Positions 21,103 through 33,160 of a stretch of 33,160 nucleotides of DNA are shown piece by piece. This stretch comes from Octopus bimaculoides (lineage: Eukaryota). The position numbers and the translations under genes were made by a program. The notes beneath the pieces were generated by a model. The model ran no database searches, was not told where the DNA came from, and saw only the letters and a program-made list of their open reading frames with translations. The stretch is taken from the NCBI RefSeq assembly GCF_001194135.2, contig NC_068984.1, forward strand, positions 21,495,478-21,528,637, in the 5' to 3' direction. Each line of letters opens with the position of its first letter. Within the stretch, counting starts at the first letter, position 1.

Positions 21103-21410
21103 CCCTTAAGTACGAAATAGCCCGGCTATGGAAAATGAAGAAGGTGAAGACAGTGCCAATTATTGTTGGGTCCTTGGTAACAGTATCAGAAGGCATCAAG
21201 AGGAATATAAAGGAAATTTAAATAGAGTGCCCAGTAGAACTGTGACAAAAGGTATGCCTCCTTGGCACGGCCAGAATAATCAGGAAAGTATTAGTTAACT
21301 GAAAAGAATGGCTAGCATGGTACCGTAGGCTGTAGATAGTAAGGCTGCTACGTATGCAAGAGTCCAGGAGATCCAACAAAACCTGTGATAAAGAGAAATA
21401 ATAATAATGA
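21103..21410 (+). mobile_element. R4/Dong-like (restriction-like endonuclease) LINE 3' end, decayed
   Basis: LKYEIARLWKMKKVKTVPIIVGSLVTVSEGIKRNIKEI*IECPVEL*QKVCLLGTARIIRKVLVN*, then a short UTR and (AAT)n. Confidence 0.75.
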
Positions 21411-21419
21411 TGAGGAGGA

Positions 21420-22555
21420 TGATGATGGTTTCTTTTATTTGCCACCAGGGCAAAAGAAAAAGAGTACGTATAGACGGTATACAATGAAAGGGCAGGGAAA
21501 TGTACATATTAAACAAAGGTAAAAAAAGGAAATGATGATGATGTAGTCCTCCTGATACAAGAGGCTCTCTAGGGACAATCGAGGAACCTCACCGTCCAAG
21601 ATCTCCCTGAACGCCAAGGACGAGTACCCTCTCTAATTCATTCTCTCTGACTCACAGGTCTACACTCAGAAAGGTACCAACCACTCTTGCTATTTTCGCA
21701 CCTTTTACCCACCTTTCAATAAAATCCGCCTTCTATTTCCTTTTCAAGTGAAACTTGAAGAAGTCAATGAAACATCTACCAAAGAGGAAAGCGTCTGTCC
21801 TCATGCCTTTCGGCCTTGTCCACCAAATAACCTCTTTTACCACCACCACCACCATTAAAGGAGGGCGACGCGGCAATCACCACTATGGTCTCGGCTGATA
21901 GACGGATCCGCCCCACACGCGACAGCAGCTGTTCGACATAACTCCATAAGTCAATAATGCCCGGACACTGTACGAGTGTGTGCAGAACGGTTTCGTCGCT
22001 CTGCGCGCAGCTCAAACATCCATCGATCCCATTGTTCGATTGGTAGAGGGTTGTGAGCGCATGATGACATTCTAGATGCCAGGCGGACCAGTCTCGGTCC
22101 TTTCTTTACCCAGGACTGCAGCTCCGCCAAGGAGACTAGCTGCGAAAAGACGTGTCCCACACGTTCACCATCCAGAAATCGTTGTAGGTGACGCAACCGA
22201 AGAGGGTGTCTGCGCATTAGAAGCCACAGCATACCTAATCCGCCACCCAGAGGGTGCTGGCAGCAGACTAACCGCCTGACCACTAGAACGCGTCCCTTCC
22301 ACAAGAAATTAAATAAGAGACGCTCCAACCAAGTCAAGCAGTAACCAGGACAAGGCGAAACGGTCAGACGATAAATGATATCAGAGGCGATGTAAGCATT
22401 CGCCACCTCTGCTCGACCTTTCAGGGATAGATTCCTCTCAGCCCATTCTGGATAAGACTGGCCACCTTGTTCATCAGTTCGTCCCAGTTCTTATCTACCT
22501 GAAGGTTGGGACCAAACCAGAGCCAAGATCAGCAAATTTGAATGGAGGGACTTAG
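21420..22555 (-). mobile_element. L1/Tx1-like LINE, 5'-truncated ORF2 C-terminal region, decayed
   Basis: LSLKGRAEVANAYIAS..FNFLWKG..QHPLGGGLG; CX2CX8HX4C knuckle (CLSCAQSDETVLHTLVQC); AATAAA then a (CAT)n tail on the minus strand near 21420-21440. Confidence 0.8.
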
Positions 22556-22559
22556 TTGA

Positions 22560-24030
22560 TACTACAGATCCCAGTATTAGACTGGTACTTTGTTTTATTG
22601 ACCGTGAAGGAATGAAAGGCAAAGTTGACCTCGGCGGAGTTCAGAACGCAGAGAGCTCGAAGAAATGCCACTTAGCTCTAACGATTCTGTCACCGTCATA
22701 ATAATCCTCTCCAAAGTAAGCACAAGGCCTGAAATTGGGGAGGTGGGTTGTCGATTACATTCACCCAAGTACTCTACGGGCAATTATTTCATCCGAAATG
22801 ATGAAAGGCAAATTCGACCTCGGCAGAATTTAAACTCAACGTAAAGGACGGACGAGATCCTGTTAAGCATTTTGTCCGGCGTGCACCGTCTTAATTATCG
22901 TGATAATGCTTTCTGATTTAGGTTCAAAGTCAACAAAGTTAATAGCAATAATAATGGTTCCAAATTTTGGCAATTTCAGGAGGAAGAGGTAAGTTTATGA
23001 CATCGATCAGCTGACACTTTATTTTATCTACTTCGGAAAGATGAAAGACAAGATTTGAACTCAGAATGCTAACAAACATGACTGAATATCGCTTTCTGAC
23101 AATGACATACAGTCACACAATTTGAGGGTTGAGTATTGCTGATGAACTCATCACCAGTGTTTAGATATCTAAATTTGACTCGCATTTATATACTTGGGGT
23201 AAGATATCGCCAATTAAACTTAGCTCAATCGTGTCGTTCTCGGTGGGATTTGAAATCAGAACATAAAGAGGACTATCCAAACATCTCAAGAAATTTGTTT
23301 CCATTTCTACCTACACCCAACATTTCTCAATTATAGTTAACATTTCTTTTAAGATTTTTTTTTATAGACACCATCTTTAGACACAATCTCGGTTAATCGT
23401 TGTAAATTAAAACTATTGTGGAGAGTAAGATGGCTTCCCTGTTATGATTTCTCGTCGGAGCTAGTCATTTCACTTCACTTCACTTACATTGTCAATGCAT
23501 TGGGGAAGCACGAATTTCTCTATTTCACTTATCCCCAAATTAGAAGTTAATTCATCAAGGTGAAACAGAATTCAACGAGTTGGCAATGCAGGTAATAAAC
23601 GTTTGATTTATTTCACATGTGGGAAAAGTAATAATTGCTTTTAATTTAGAAACAAGGCCAGCAATTTTCATGGGGCGGAGATTAGCCGATAACATTGATC
23701 CTAGTAATTAATTGGTACTTTATTTTATAGATTACAGAGTGCTGAAAGGTAAAAGTTGACGTTGTTTGAACACAGAACGTAAAGAGCTAGGCATTTTCCC
23801 CGAAACGTTAACGATTCAGCCAGCTTGTCACTTCAGATGAAAATAATGCTTTTAACAAAAGCAATATTGACAAAAGGCTTGGATTTTGGAGCGAGGGATT
23901 AGTCGTTAGCATCATCTCCAGTACTCGACTGGTACTTTATTTTATCAACCCTGAAAGGCTAAATTAACCTTGTGGCGGGAAGAAATGCTACGACACATTT
24001 TTCGATGCTCTAATGATTCTGCAAGTTCAC
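22560..24030 (-). mobile_element. Cluster of at least five diverged SINE copies
   Basis: Recurrent gaaaggatgaaaggcaaagtcgacc..ggcggaatttgaactc-like blocks at about 22600, 22800, 23040, 23740 and 23950. Confidence 0.65.
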
Positions 24031-24989
24031 CGTCTTAGGCGTCTTAGGTAAAGTAAAAATATATGTGTTTTTTTTTTTTTGCATCTGGGTAAAATAAATG
24101 AATACCTTCTTCGAATGTGAAGGCTGGCATCAAGAGACTATCGTCTGTGATATATTTGTTGTGGCGGTGCATTATTATCTATATATGATGAATTGAGGTG
24201 GAGCATTACTTATATATGGTTGCACACATTAATCATATCATACAACCTTACGGCACTGACCTAAAAGCAAAGTAGTCAAACCTAATTGAGAAATTCTGGT
24301 CAGAGAGTAAATACTGGAGTAATTTTACTAGACCTTACAAGGAGAATGGAACTCGACGCTGAAAGCTAATAAATCACATGTCAATTTCACCGAATTTCCG
24401 CTGTTTAAAGCGATCAATTATTTCTAGTAAGTGGTATTTATTTTTATATAGATAAACTGGGGCATCTGAGAGTTTAGTTTTTGTACTTTTGACAGTCAGT
24501 ATTTTGTCTACATCCAAGATAATTAAATTCCATCTATTTGCTCGGATTAATGCCCGACCGGTCAGTAACACTCACTGAAACAAGTTATATATCTTAATTA
24601 TCTTCATAATTTATTTTTTGAAATACTGGATGAAGCTTTGCCAACAATATAATTACTAATCCTTCTCGACACAAAGTACCACTTCTCTTCTGATTCTCGC
24701 AAGCGTTCCCCAGTTTTGACAAGATCATTTTAAAAAATGAAATTCTCTTTACAAACTAAATAAAAACCACCAACTGAGATATTAGTGACTGTCTTTTACA
24801 ATATCCTCTTTATGTTATGGTATACACACACGCGCACATACACACAGACACACAATGTGAGAGAGAGAGACGGGGAGAGAGAGAGAGTATATGCGTGTGT
24901 GTGAGAGAGAGAGACGGGGAGAGAGAGAGAGAGTATATGCGTGTGTGTGAGAGAGAGAGAGAGAGGGAGAGGGAGAGAAAGAGAGAGAG

Positions 24990-25277
24990 TACTAAAGGCA
25001 AAAGGGCCTGAAATTTTTGGGGAGAGGACTAGTCGATCACGTCGACCCCAGTGTTTCACTAGTACTTTATTTATCGACCCCGAAAGGATGAAAGGCAAAG
25101 TCGACCTCGGCAGAATTTGAACACAGAACGTGAAGACGGGCGAAATGCCGCTAAGCATTTTCCCCGGCATTCTAACGTTTCTTATTTCTTTATTGCCCAC
25201 AAGGGGCTAAACATAGAGGCGACAAACAAGGACAGACAAAGGGATTAAATCGATTACATCGACCCCAGTGCGTAACT
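24990..25277 (-). mobile_element. SINE-SINE junction unit, reverse complement of 29205-29490
   Basis: Shares the junction gcaataaagaaataagaaacgttagaatgccgg. Confidence 0.75.
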
Positions 25278-26879
25278 ACTGCTACACCTGTTGTTTTGAT
25301 TCTGGGTGATGTTTTGAGCTCACAAAAGCGCAGAAATATCAAAGGGAGCGATAGAAACACTTAGTCATAACGCATTCAAGCAAAATACAATCTTTTACTC
25401 TTTAGTTGTTTCAGTCACCGGACTGCGGCCGTGCTGGGGCACCATCTTCACAAGATTAGTTGAATAAATCAACCCGAGTCCTTTTTTTAAAGTCTTTTGC
25501 CGAACCGCTAGATTAAAAGGATGTAAACGAACTAACACTGTTTGTCAAGCAGTGGAGTGGGGTTGGGGATAAACATAGTCACACATACAATCACACGCAC
25601 AGAAACATACACACAGACAGACACACACACACACACGCACCTATACGACGGGCGCCCACACAGTTTAGATCTACCAAATTCACTCATACACATGTGTCGA
25701 CCCGAAGCTATCGTAGAAAACACTTGTCCAAGGTACCGTGCAGAAGGCGTGAACCTGAAATCATGTGGTTGACAAGCGACCTTCTTAACCACACAACCAT
25801 TTCCGTCCCTGTAAGTATAGCCATAATATTTTTAGATGAGGCTTCGACTTCAAATACAGAACAAAATTCAAACATCATCAGTTGATGACTGTTTATAAAG
25901 CACAAGTGCAGACCACGTGAATCATGCTCACAAATCTAAGATGAGCTTGGAACTCAATTTTTGACCGTTGTTGGTCTACATTTGTTGATTTTATCCTGGA
26001 TGATGTTTCGTTCTCATAAAGGGCAAATATATTAAGAGAGCGTGTGAAATGCTTTAAACCAAGTACAATATATATATAATTTAAAAGCATTAAATAATAC
26101 CTTTGTTGGGATTAAAATATGAATAAGAGTCGTTGTGTTATCAATGGGCAGAAAAAAAAATTGGTAATGTGACAAATTATGTTTCATATTGTTTCGGTCA
26201 AGCGAATAGTTGAATCCGGATCCCGATGGCGATTGGATTTTCACCACCTCCCCACATCTCTCTCGATACTCTACTATTCACAATGAACATGTAGCTAAAC
26301 TCCCTCTTTAGTAAAATCCGCCTCTTTAGTAATTTCTAAAGAAAAAAAAATTAACACAAAGAGAATCAGTCCATGCAGACATATAAAAGTGGGACATGCT
26401 GAATAGCATAGTATGAGAATATATAGATAATAAATGCACTACTGCGCAAAGTTATCATCCGTTTGATTAAAGTAATGTGCTGCTTCATTTTTTCTATCAT
26501 TGTTTTCGCAAGGCATTTGAAGGATCGTTTGTAAAACGCCATTTGGTGAGGGTGAGGTAGCGGGATACTGAGGTACAAAATGTTGAGATGCACTGTTTTA
26601 TGAACATCAATTATTAATCTGAATAACTTAATATTAATTGTACCACTATCACATATCTGGGAGGGATTGTATTTGATGATGGAAGTGATGGTGATGATGA
26701 GGGTGATATANNNNNNNNNNNNNNNNNNNNNNNNNNNNNNNNNNNNNNNNNNNNNNNNNNNNNNNNNNNNNNNNNNNNNNNNNNNNNNNNNNNNNNNNNN
26801 NNNNNNNNNNNNTATGATTATACATACTTAAATATATATATATATGCGTGTGTGTATATATATGTTTACCACTATTCCT

Positions 26880-27730
26880 CCTATTCCCCCTTTCGTTTCT
26901 TTCTTTGATGAAAAACCAGCGTCCGAAACGTCAAAGATTCTTTCCCTTCCTTTCAAGCGTTATACTTTTGTTAAAAATTGTCAATCACGTTTTGTCTTTT
27001 TTTGTTTGTGCTCATTACCTCATACATACGTACATACATATATAGATTCATATATTATTTATATTATATTTATTTAATTGAACGCTACGCATCCATTTCC
27101 AAGTATCTTTATCGTAACCTTTTTGATGCGATTCTACTCTATACCGTTTTCTTCCTCCGTCCGTCTCTAATTCCCTTTTCTCCCCTCCCTCTTTCACCGT
27201 TTTCTATCTCTCTGTCTCCCTCTCTTTCTCTTTTCTCTCTCTCGTTGCTCACACGTAACCATCGTCCATCTTTCTTTTCCTCACGTGACCATCTTTCTTT
27301 TCCTGCACAGACTTCAAAGGATTGGACGTTTTCTTTGTCTTTCTTCTATCTTTTCTCTTTTCAACGAAAATATTTCTCCCAGCGTTCACTATTTTCCTCT
27401 CGATCTGGTCTAACGACACTCCATGTTTGTTTTCGTTCAGTTTCCTTGTATGTCTCCACTGACCTGTTTTTGTTCCCAACCTTGACCCTCCATAAATCCT
27501 AAATTTTATTTTAGAATTTATGGGAGCAACTGTCTTTGAAGACTCAAATTGTCGTTGAATGCTCGAAATGAGGAGTAGATAGACAGCCGACAATTGATGA
27601 AGAGTCGTTCTCTGTGTTTACTTGTCCTGTTTTCCTTGTTTTTCTCTCGTTGTTTGCGTATTTAACTTGTTTGTTTTCGTATTTCATGTTGTTTACACAG
27701 TTGGTGGCGTTCTGTACCCATATATGAATA
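26880..27730 (+). mobile_element. Probable decayed Penelope-like or other non-autonomous repeat
   Basis: gatga..gtccgaaacgtc motif at 26902-26937, CT-rich tracts and gatgaagag at about 27596. Family call by resemblance only. Confidence 0.3.
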
Positions 27731-28029
27731 TATATATATATATAATTTATATTGTATTTACGTGCATACATACATATATACGTACCTACATACTTACCTA
27801 CATTCATACATGCATATATACATACACACGCACACGCGCGAGCGCGAGCGCACATATAGGTAAATGCAATTACAGAACCGGCCGAAACAATAAGAGAGTC
27901 TCAACCAAGTGTACTTACGTTCTCCAGAACCATAGGAGATTGTCATACCTCTGAGCTGTACCTACTCAATACCCAGTTAATTTTTCAAAACTCTCGGACA
28001 GTGAGTCACTTACGTGAATTTATTGCTAG

Positions 28030-28076
<47 letters not shown>

Positions 28077-29075
28077 NNNNNNNNNNATAGATATAAATAT
28101 ATATACACACACACATACACATATATAATATACATGTATATATATGTATATATACAAATACGCATGTATGTGTGTGTATGTACATATATATATACATTTA
28201 AAATACAGAGATGCCTATAATAGGATATCTAACCCGCTAGAAAGAGCAGCAAAAAACTCTAGTACATATATATATTTATTTATATGAACGTGTGACTGTA
28301 TATACACATACAAATGTAAAAAAGTACACGCGTATATATTTATATAAACTCACATACATGGAAGCGCGCGCACGCACGCACACACGCACGCGCACGCACG
28401 CACATACACACGCATACAGGTACACGCATATATACTCTATAACCGTTAAAGTTATGATATTATGGGTGAAATAGAATCATGACATAAAAATTTTTCAACA
28501 GAAATATAAAAATGGAACACGAAATATAAATAAACGATAACAAAAGTAGTGAACGAAAAAAAAAAAAAGGTAACTGCTGCAAAAAAATACAAAAATAAAC
28601 AAAATAAAGAAAAGAGGAAAAAGTAGTGAGACAGAAAAGGAAGCAAAGAATCGGTGAAGGAAGAAAAATAAATAAAATTTAAAAAATGTAAAAAAAAAAA
28701 AAAGATTGAAATAATGTATATGATGTACTTTTAGAAATGGCATCCAAGTGCCGAACTAGACAAGTGATGATATTTATTTCAGTTGGCAAGTAACGATTCT
28801 AGTATGGGTTTTAGTGGAGAGGGATGCATTAAACAATAAACATCAGGTATTTAGTCACGTGTCTACTTTGAATAGTTTATGCCAGCCATGGGCAATGTTT
28901 TTCAATCTGTAGGCCGCATGAGATTTTGCTCATTGTGAAACATGTGCCATACAGAATGTTAAAAGGGTTGAAGATTGCTCACAACTGGTCTATAGTTTGC
29001 TTATATAAGAAGTCGCAATGGTTGCAGTTATTTCTCTTGTTATATCTTTCCTTTGATATGCATGTACGCGATTAA

Positions 29076-29960
29076 GGCAGCGAGCTGGCAGAAGCGTTAG
29101 CACGCCGGGCGAAATGCTAAGCGGTATTTCGTCTGCCGTTACGTTCTGAGTTCAAATTCCGCCGAGGTCGACTTTGCCTTTTATCCTCTCGGGGTCGATA
29201 AATTAAGTATCAGTTACGCACTGGGGTCGATGTAATCGACTTAACCTCTTTGTCTATCCTTTTTTGTCCCCTCTATGTTTACCTCCTTGTGGGCAATAAA
29301 GAAATAAGAAACGTTAGAATGCCGGAAAAAATGCTTAGCGGCATTTTGCCCGTCTTCACGTTCTGTGTTCAAATTCTGCCGAGGTCGACTTTCCTTTTCA
29401 TCTTTTCGGGGTCGATAAATCAAGTACCAAGTTGAGTACTGGCGTCGATCTAATCGACTGGCCCCTCCCCCAAAATTTCGGGTCTTGTACCTAGAGAAGA
29501 AAAGAATATTTATATTCGATTTTAGGGTGGCGAGTTGGTGGAATCGCTATCACGCCGGGTAGAATGCTTAGCAGCATTTCGTTCGTCTTAACATTCTGAG
29601 TTCAAATTCCGGCGAAGTCGACTTTGCCTTTTATCCTAAAGTACCAGTTGAGCATTGGGATTGATGTACAAACCTATCCCTCTGCCTTAATTGCTGGCCT
29701 TGTGCCAAAACTTTGAGGCCAATATTAATATTCGACCTCAGGGCAGCGAGCTGGCAGAATCATTATCATGCCGGACAGAATGCTTAACGGCATTTTGTCC
29801 GTGTTTGCGTTGAGTTGAAAATTACATTGAGGTCGACTTTGCCTTTCATCCTTGCGGAGTCGATGGAATAAGTACTTGTTGAGCACCGGGGGTCGATGTA
29901 ATCGACTTACTCCCTCCTACACGAAACTTATGGCCTTGTGCTAAAATTTGAAATCAATAT
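29076..29960 (+). mobile_element. Head-to-tail run of four related SINE copies
   Basis: Copies start at about 29076, 29307 (5'-truncated), 29525 and 29741. Confidence 0.8.
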
Positions 29961-30843
29961 TTATATTCAACCTTTCTTTTATTTGTTTCAGTCAATGAAC
30001 TGCTGCCATGCTGAGGCACCGCCTTGTCGGGCTCAGTCGAAAAACATCGACCCCAGTATTTAAGTCTGGTATTTATTATATCGACCTCCTGAGCCGAATC
30101 GTTAAGTTACGGAGACATAAACAAACCAGCACCGGTTGCCAAGTGGTGGAGCGGACAAACCATCCCCACGCACACATACAACGAACTTCTGCATAGCTTC
30201 CGTCCTCCAAATTCACTCACACGGCATTGGTCGACCCGGGGCTGAGTGGAAGACATTGCTTAAGTTGCCACACAATGGGACTGAACCTAAAATCACGTGA
30301 TTGCAAACTGAGCTTCTTAATGTGTTCATTCACAGCTTGTTTCAAACTTATTCTATCGTTACAAATCTTGTTTACTATGAACCAAAATTTTTTGGAAAAT
30401 GCTATTATTTTAACTCTATTAAAAGCACTGAATTCTGAACATCCGAATTCTTTAGTTCATTGAAATGGTAAGAATAATTTGAATACGTTTAACTCTTTTT
30501 GACACCAATGATTTGTAAACATGAAGTACCAGCTTCTGCCATCTTAACTCATCATGAAAACGGAAGCTTCCAAAATTACTTTATTCATTTCAAATCTAAA
30601 TAGATGTTCAATTTTCTGCAACGTTTGGCTAACTATTCTCATTTTTGTTGTTGTTAGAAAAGCAACAACAAGATAAAGAAATAACAAACAAACCCAGGAA
30701 TGATTTCAAACGGAAATTGATTATATTTGCATATGCAATTAACTGGTCAATTTTATGTAGATTCAATGCTAAACGGTGCGGTATTTGGAAAAGTAGTTAA
30801 TCAAATTATGCAACAACCTGATATGCTATTAAGCGGAATTGGC

Positions 30844-30879
<36 letters not shown>

Positions 30880-30884
<5 letters not shown>

Positions 30885-31250
30885 CAGAGTAAGCACATAA
30901 ATGTGAAACAAGGTGGGAAAATAGTATTCGAATACCAGAAGTAGAGTAATATGCTTTATTATTAAAGCAGCAAAAACATCACAAAAATATCACAAAAAAC
31001 TGCTACTCAGAGTTTCACGTTCCCGTATGTCGGGCAGTTGTAATGTCTATGCAGTTTTAATAATAAAGTGTATATATATATATATATTTGAGATACCAGA
31101 TGAACTCACATCGCGGCAGGAGACGCAAAGAAGAGCAGCTCCGTCCAACAACTCGCTACTTAACCAAAAACAATATCGGAAACAACACCGAGTAACTACA
31201 GATGGTGTACCAACATGACCTCAGCCCTGGGCTGAAACCAGTAAAAGAAA
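30880..31250 (-). mobile_element. Repeat flanked by (TA)n carrying a hammerhead-like motif
   Basis: Minus 31039-30998: AACTGC CCGACAT ACG-GGAA-CGT GAAAC TCTGA GTA GCAGTT. Confidence 0.5.
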
Positions 31251-31999
31251 GATATATATATATATATATGTGTGTGTGTGCGTTTCTGAGTAACGAGGTT
31301 TTCACAGATTCTAAGTAAGGCTGTTTGTTATTGGATGAGTATGATTTGTCCTCATTGATTCGTTCAGATTACCTGCTGTGATTGGTTAGATGTTTACTGG
31401 TACTAGCTACAAGTGGATACGGGTCGCTACTGACTGGCGAGCGAGACTCGATAGGAACAATTCGAACAACTGTTGTATGTGGGACGAATCCATATATTAC
31501 CCGGTGCCATCGTGAGAATCGTCTCACTTGCCTTTTTGTGATTAGAAAGAGCAGACAGTTTTCGTCTGTCGTGTGGCCTTGCCGAAAGAAATTAAAAGTT
31601 CTGATAACTTGTCGATTTTCTCTTCGGCCAAACTCCCATCAACTTCCACTTGCAGAGGAAGGTGCGGATGGAGACCAAAGTGCCTCTACCTACTCCTGTT
31701 GGTTTGCTGAAATGAAAATGAGAGTGACAAGAATGCCCACGTGAATGAGACTACCTTCAGCATGCACATGTAAACCAGTGAATAGAGCTGGTAAAAAGCA
31801 TTTAATCTTTGTTGTGTTGAATTCGTTGATTGGCTCTAAGTGGTTTACGCACCACCCACTATTAGAGACAATTTTCCTTGTTCATATTGTAATTATTTGT
31901 TCTTGCTTTTCTTTTTTTACTCTATGAAATCTTCACTGTTTCGTATTTGGTTTTTGTACTGAGCTATCTTAGACTCTTCTGGCAACTAAAGAAAAGATT

Positions 32000-32370
32000 T
32001 TAATTATTATTCACCGAAGTCAACTTTGGTTTCATCCTTTCGGGGTCGATAAAATAAACCACTGGGACGTATGTAATCAACTTGTCCTTCCCGTTAAATT
32101 TTCTGGCCTTGTGCCAAAATTTGAAGCAATTAAAACGGTCACATTTAATTGTTTAATTTATTAGAAGATTAATTCAATTAGAACAATTAATTCAAATTTT
32201 AATTGGTCAATTGCGAGCATCGGACAAAATGCTTCGATATTTGACGTTTGAAGTTCAAATGCTGCCGAGGTCGTCAAAGTCGATAAAATAAGTACCAGAA
32301 TACTGGGGCAGATGTAATCGACTTGCCCTCTCCTCAAAATTCGCTGGCCTTGTACCAAAATTAGAAAAAA
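32000..32370 (+). mobile_element. Two diverged SINE fragments
   Basis: gaagtcaactttgg..catcctttcggggtcgataaaat and gccgaggtcg..gtaccagaatactgggg..ggccttgtaccaaaa blocks. Confidence 0.6.
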
Positions 32371-32813
32371 AATATTAATATTNNNNNNNNNNNNNNNNNN
32401 NNNNNNNNNNNNNNNNNNNNNNNNNNNNNNNNNNNNNNNNNNNNNNNNNNNNNNNNNNNNNNNNNNNNNNNNNNNNNNNNNNNNNNNNNNNNNNNNNNNN
32501 NNNNNNNNNNNNNNNNNNNNNNNNNNNNNNNNNNNNNNNNNNNNNNNNNNNNNNNNNNNNNNNNNNNNNNNNNNNNNNNNNNNNNNNNNNNNNNNNNNNN
32601 NNNNNNNNNNNNNNNNNNNNNNNNNNNNNNNNNNNNNNNNNNNNNNNNNNNNNNNNNNNNNNNNNNNNNNNNNNNNNNNNNNNNNNNNNNNNNNNNNNNN
32701 NNNNNNNNNNNNNNNNNNNNNNNNNNNNNNNNNNNNNNNNNNNNNNNNNNNNNNNNNNNNTTGTGGAATTATTATGGTTGCATTTCACGTGAGCTGCTGC
32801 ATTTTCCCCAGCT

Positions 32814-33160
32814 ATGGCAAGTAGTAGTGTCGCCAGTATGGAGAGCTACGCCAAAGCCACTGCGGTGAGGAAGCCAGTGCCGCTGGAAACCAAGTTAATC
32901 AAATTGGATATGGAGGAAGTGATCAGAAGCAGGAATTTGATAGAAGTTGAGGGAGACTCGTACAAATTGTGTTCCCCAAAAGAGAATAAAGAAAATAAGA
33001 TTCTGAGGACAGTAGTGTATCGTACACAGGCTGTCGAAACCGGTAAAATTGAAATGGTGACGGAAGAAGAAATCGAGGAGTGCCTGGGTGAAATTGTCAA
33101 TGAAGCCACGTACATCAACAGAGGAAGAAGGTTCGGTACGGTTGAGGTGAGGTTCGCCAC
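32814..33160 (+). CDS. Uninterrupted ORF running off the window, probable LINE ORF1 (L1/Tx1-like)
   Basis: MASSSVASMESYAKATAVRKPVPLETKLIKLDMEEVIRSRNLIEVEGDSYKLCSPKENKENKILRTVVYRTQAVETGKIEMVTEEEIEECLGEIVNEATYINRGRRFGTVEVRFA: 115 codons with no stop and an SYAxA motif. Absent from the ORF track, presumably because it has no stop. Confidence 0.6.
   Translation, partial: MASSSVASMESYAKATAVRKPVPLETKLIKLDMEEVIRSRNLIEVEGDSYKLCSPKENKENKILRTVVYRTQAVETGKIEMVTEEEIEECLGEIVNEATYINRGRRFGTVEVRFA

Noticed and set aside
24374-24571. 65-aa minus-strand ORF
   Set aside because: No ATG start, the nearby acceptor is followed by an in-frame TGA, and no recognisable domain.
28880-28990. Possible hAT-like MITE (ccagccatgggcaat ... 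attgctcacaactgg)
   Set aside because: Termini match only about 13/18 and no 8-bp TSD is visible.
31382-31744. 120-aa plus-strand ORF
   Set aside because: Non-ATG start and no recognisable motif.

Overview
AT-rich, repeat-dense eukaryotic genomic scaffold with several N gaps. The repeat types suggest a coleoid cephalopod, most likely Octopus; this is inferred from pattern recognition, not a database match. One host gene is supportable: SNRPD1 (Sm D1) on the + strand, with coding exons at 7648-7661, 10697-10773 and 17321-17394. The expected ~190-nt exon 3 could not be found in the readable sequence. The rest is mostly mobile DNA: RTE-type LINE 3' ends with (GAT)n tails, an RTE fragment with an inverted 5' part, L1/Tx1-like ORF2 and ORF1 pieces, an R4/Dong-like 3' end, several tRNA-head SINE families, piggyBac-like and Mutator-like MITEs, decayed hammerhead-like motifs of Penelope type, microsatellites and derived minisatellites. 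Nearly all ORFs in the supplied track are artefacts. No clear new multi-gene system is visible. The best leads are RNA-level features around SNRPD1 and the ribozyme-like motifs. Repeat boundaries are approximate.
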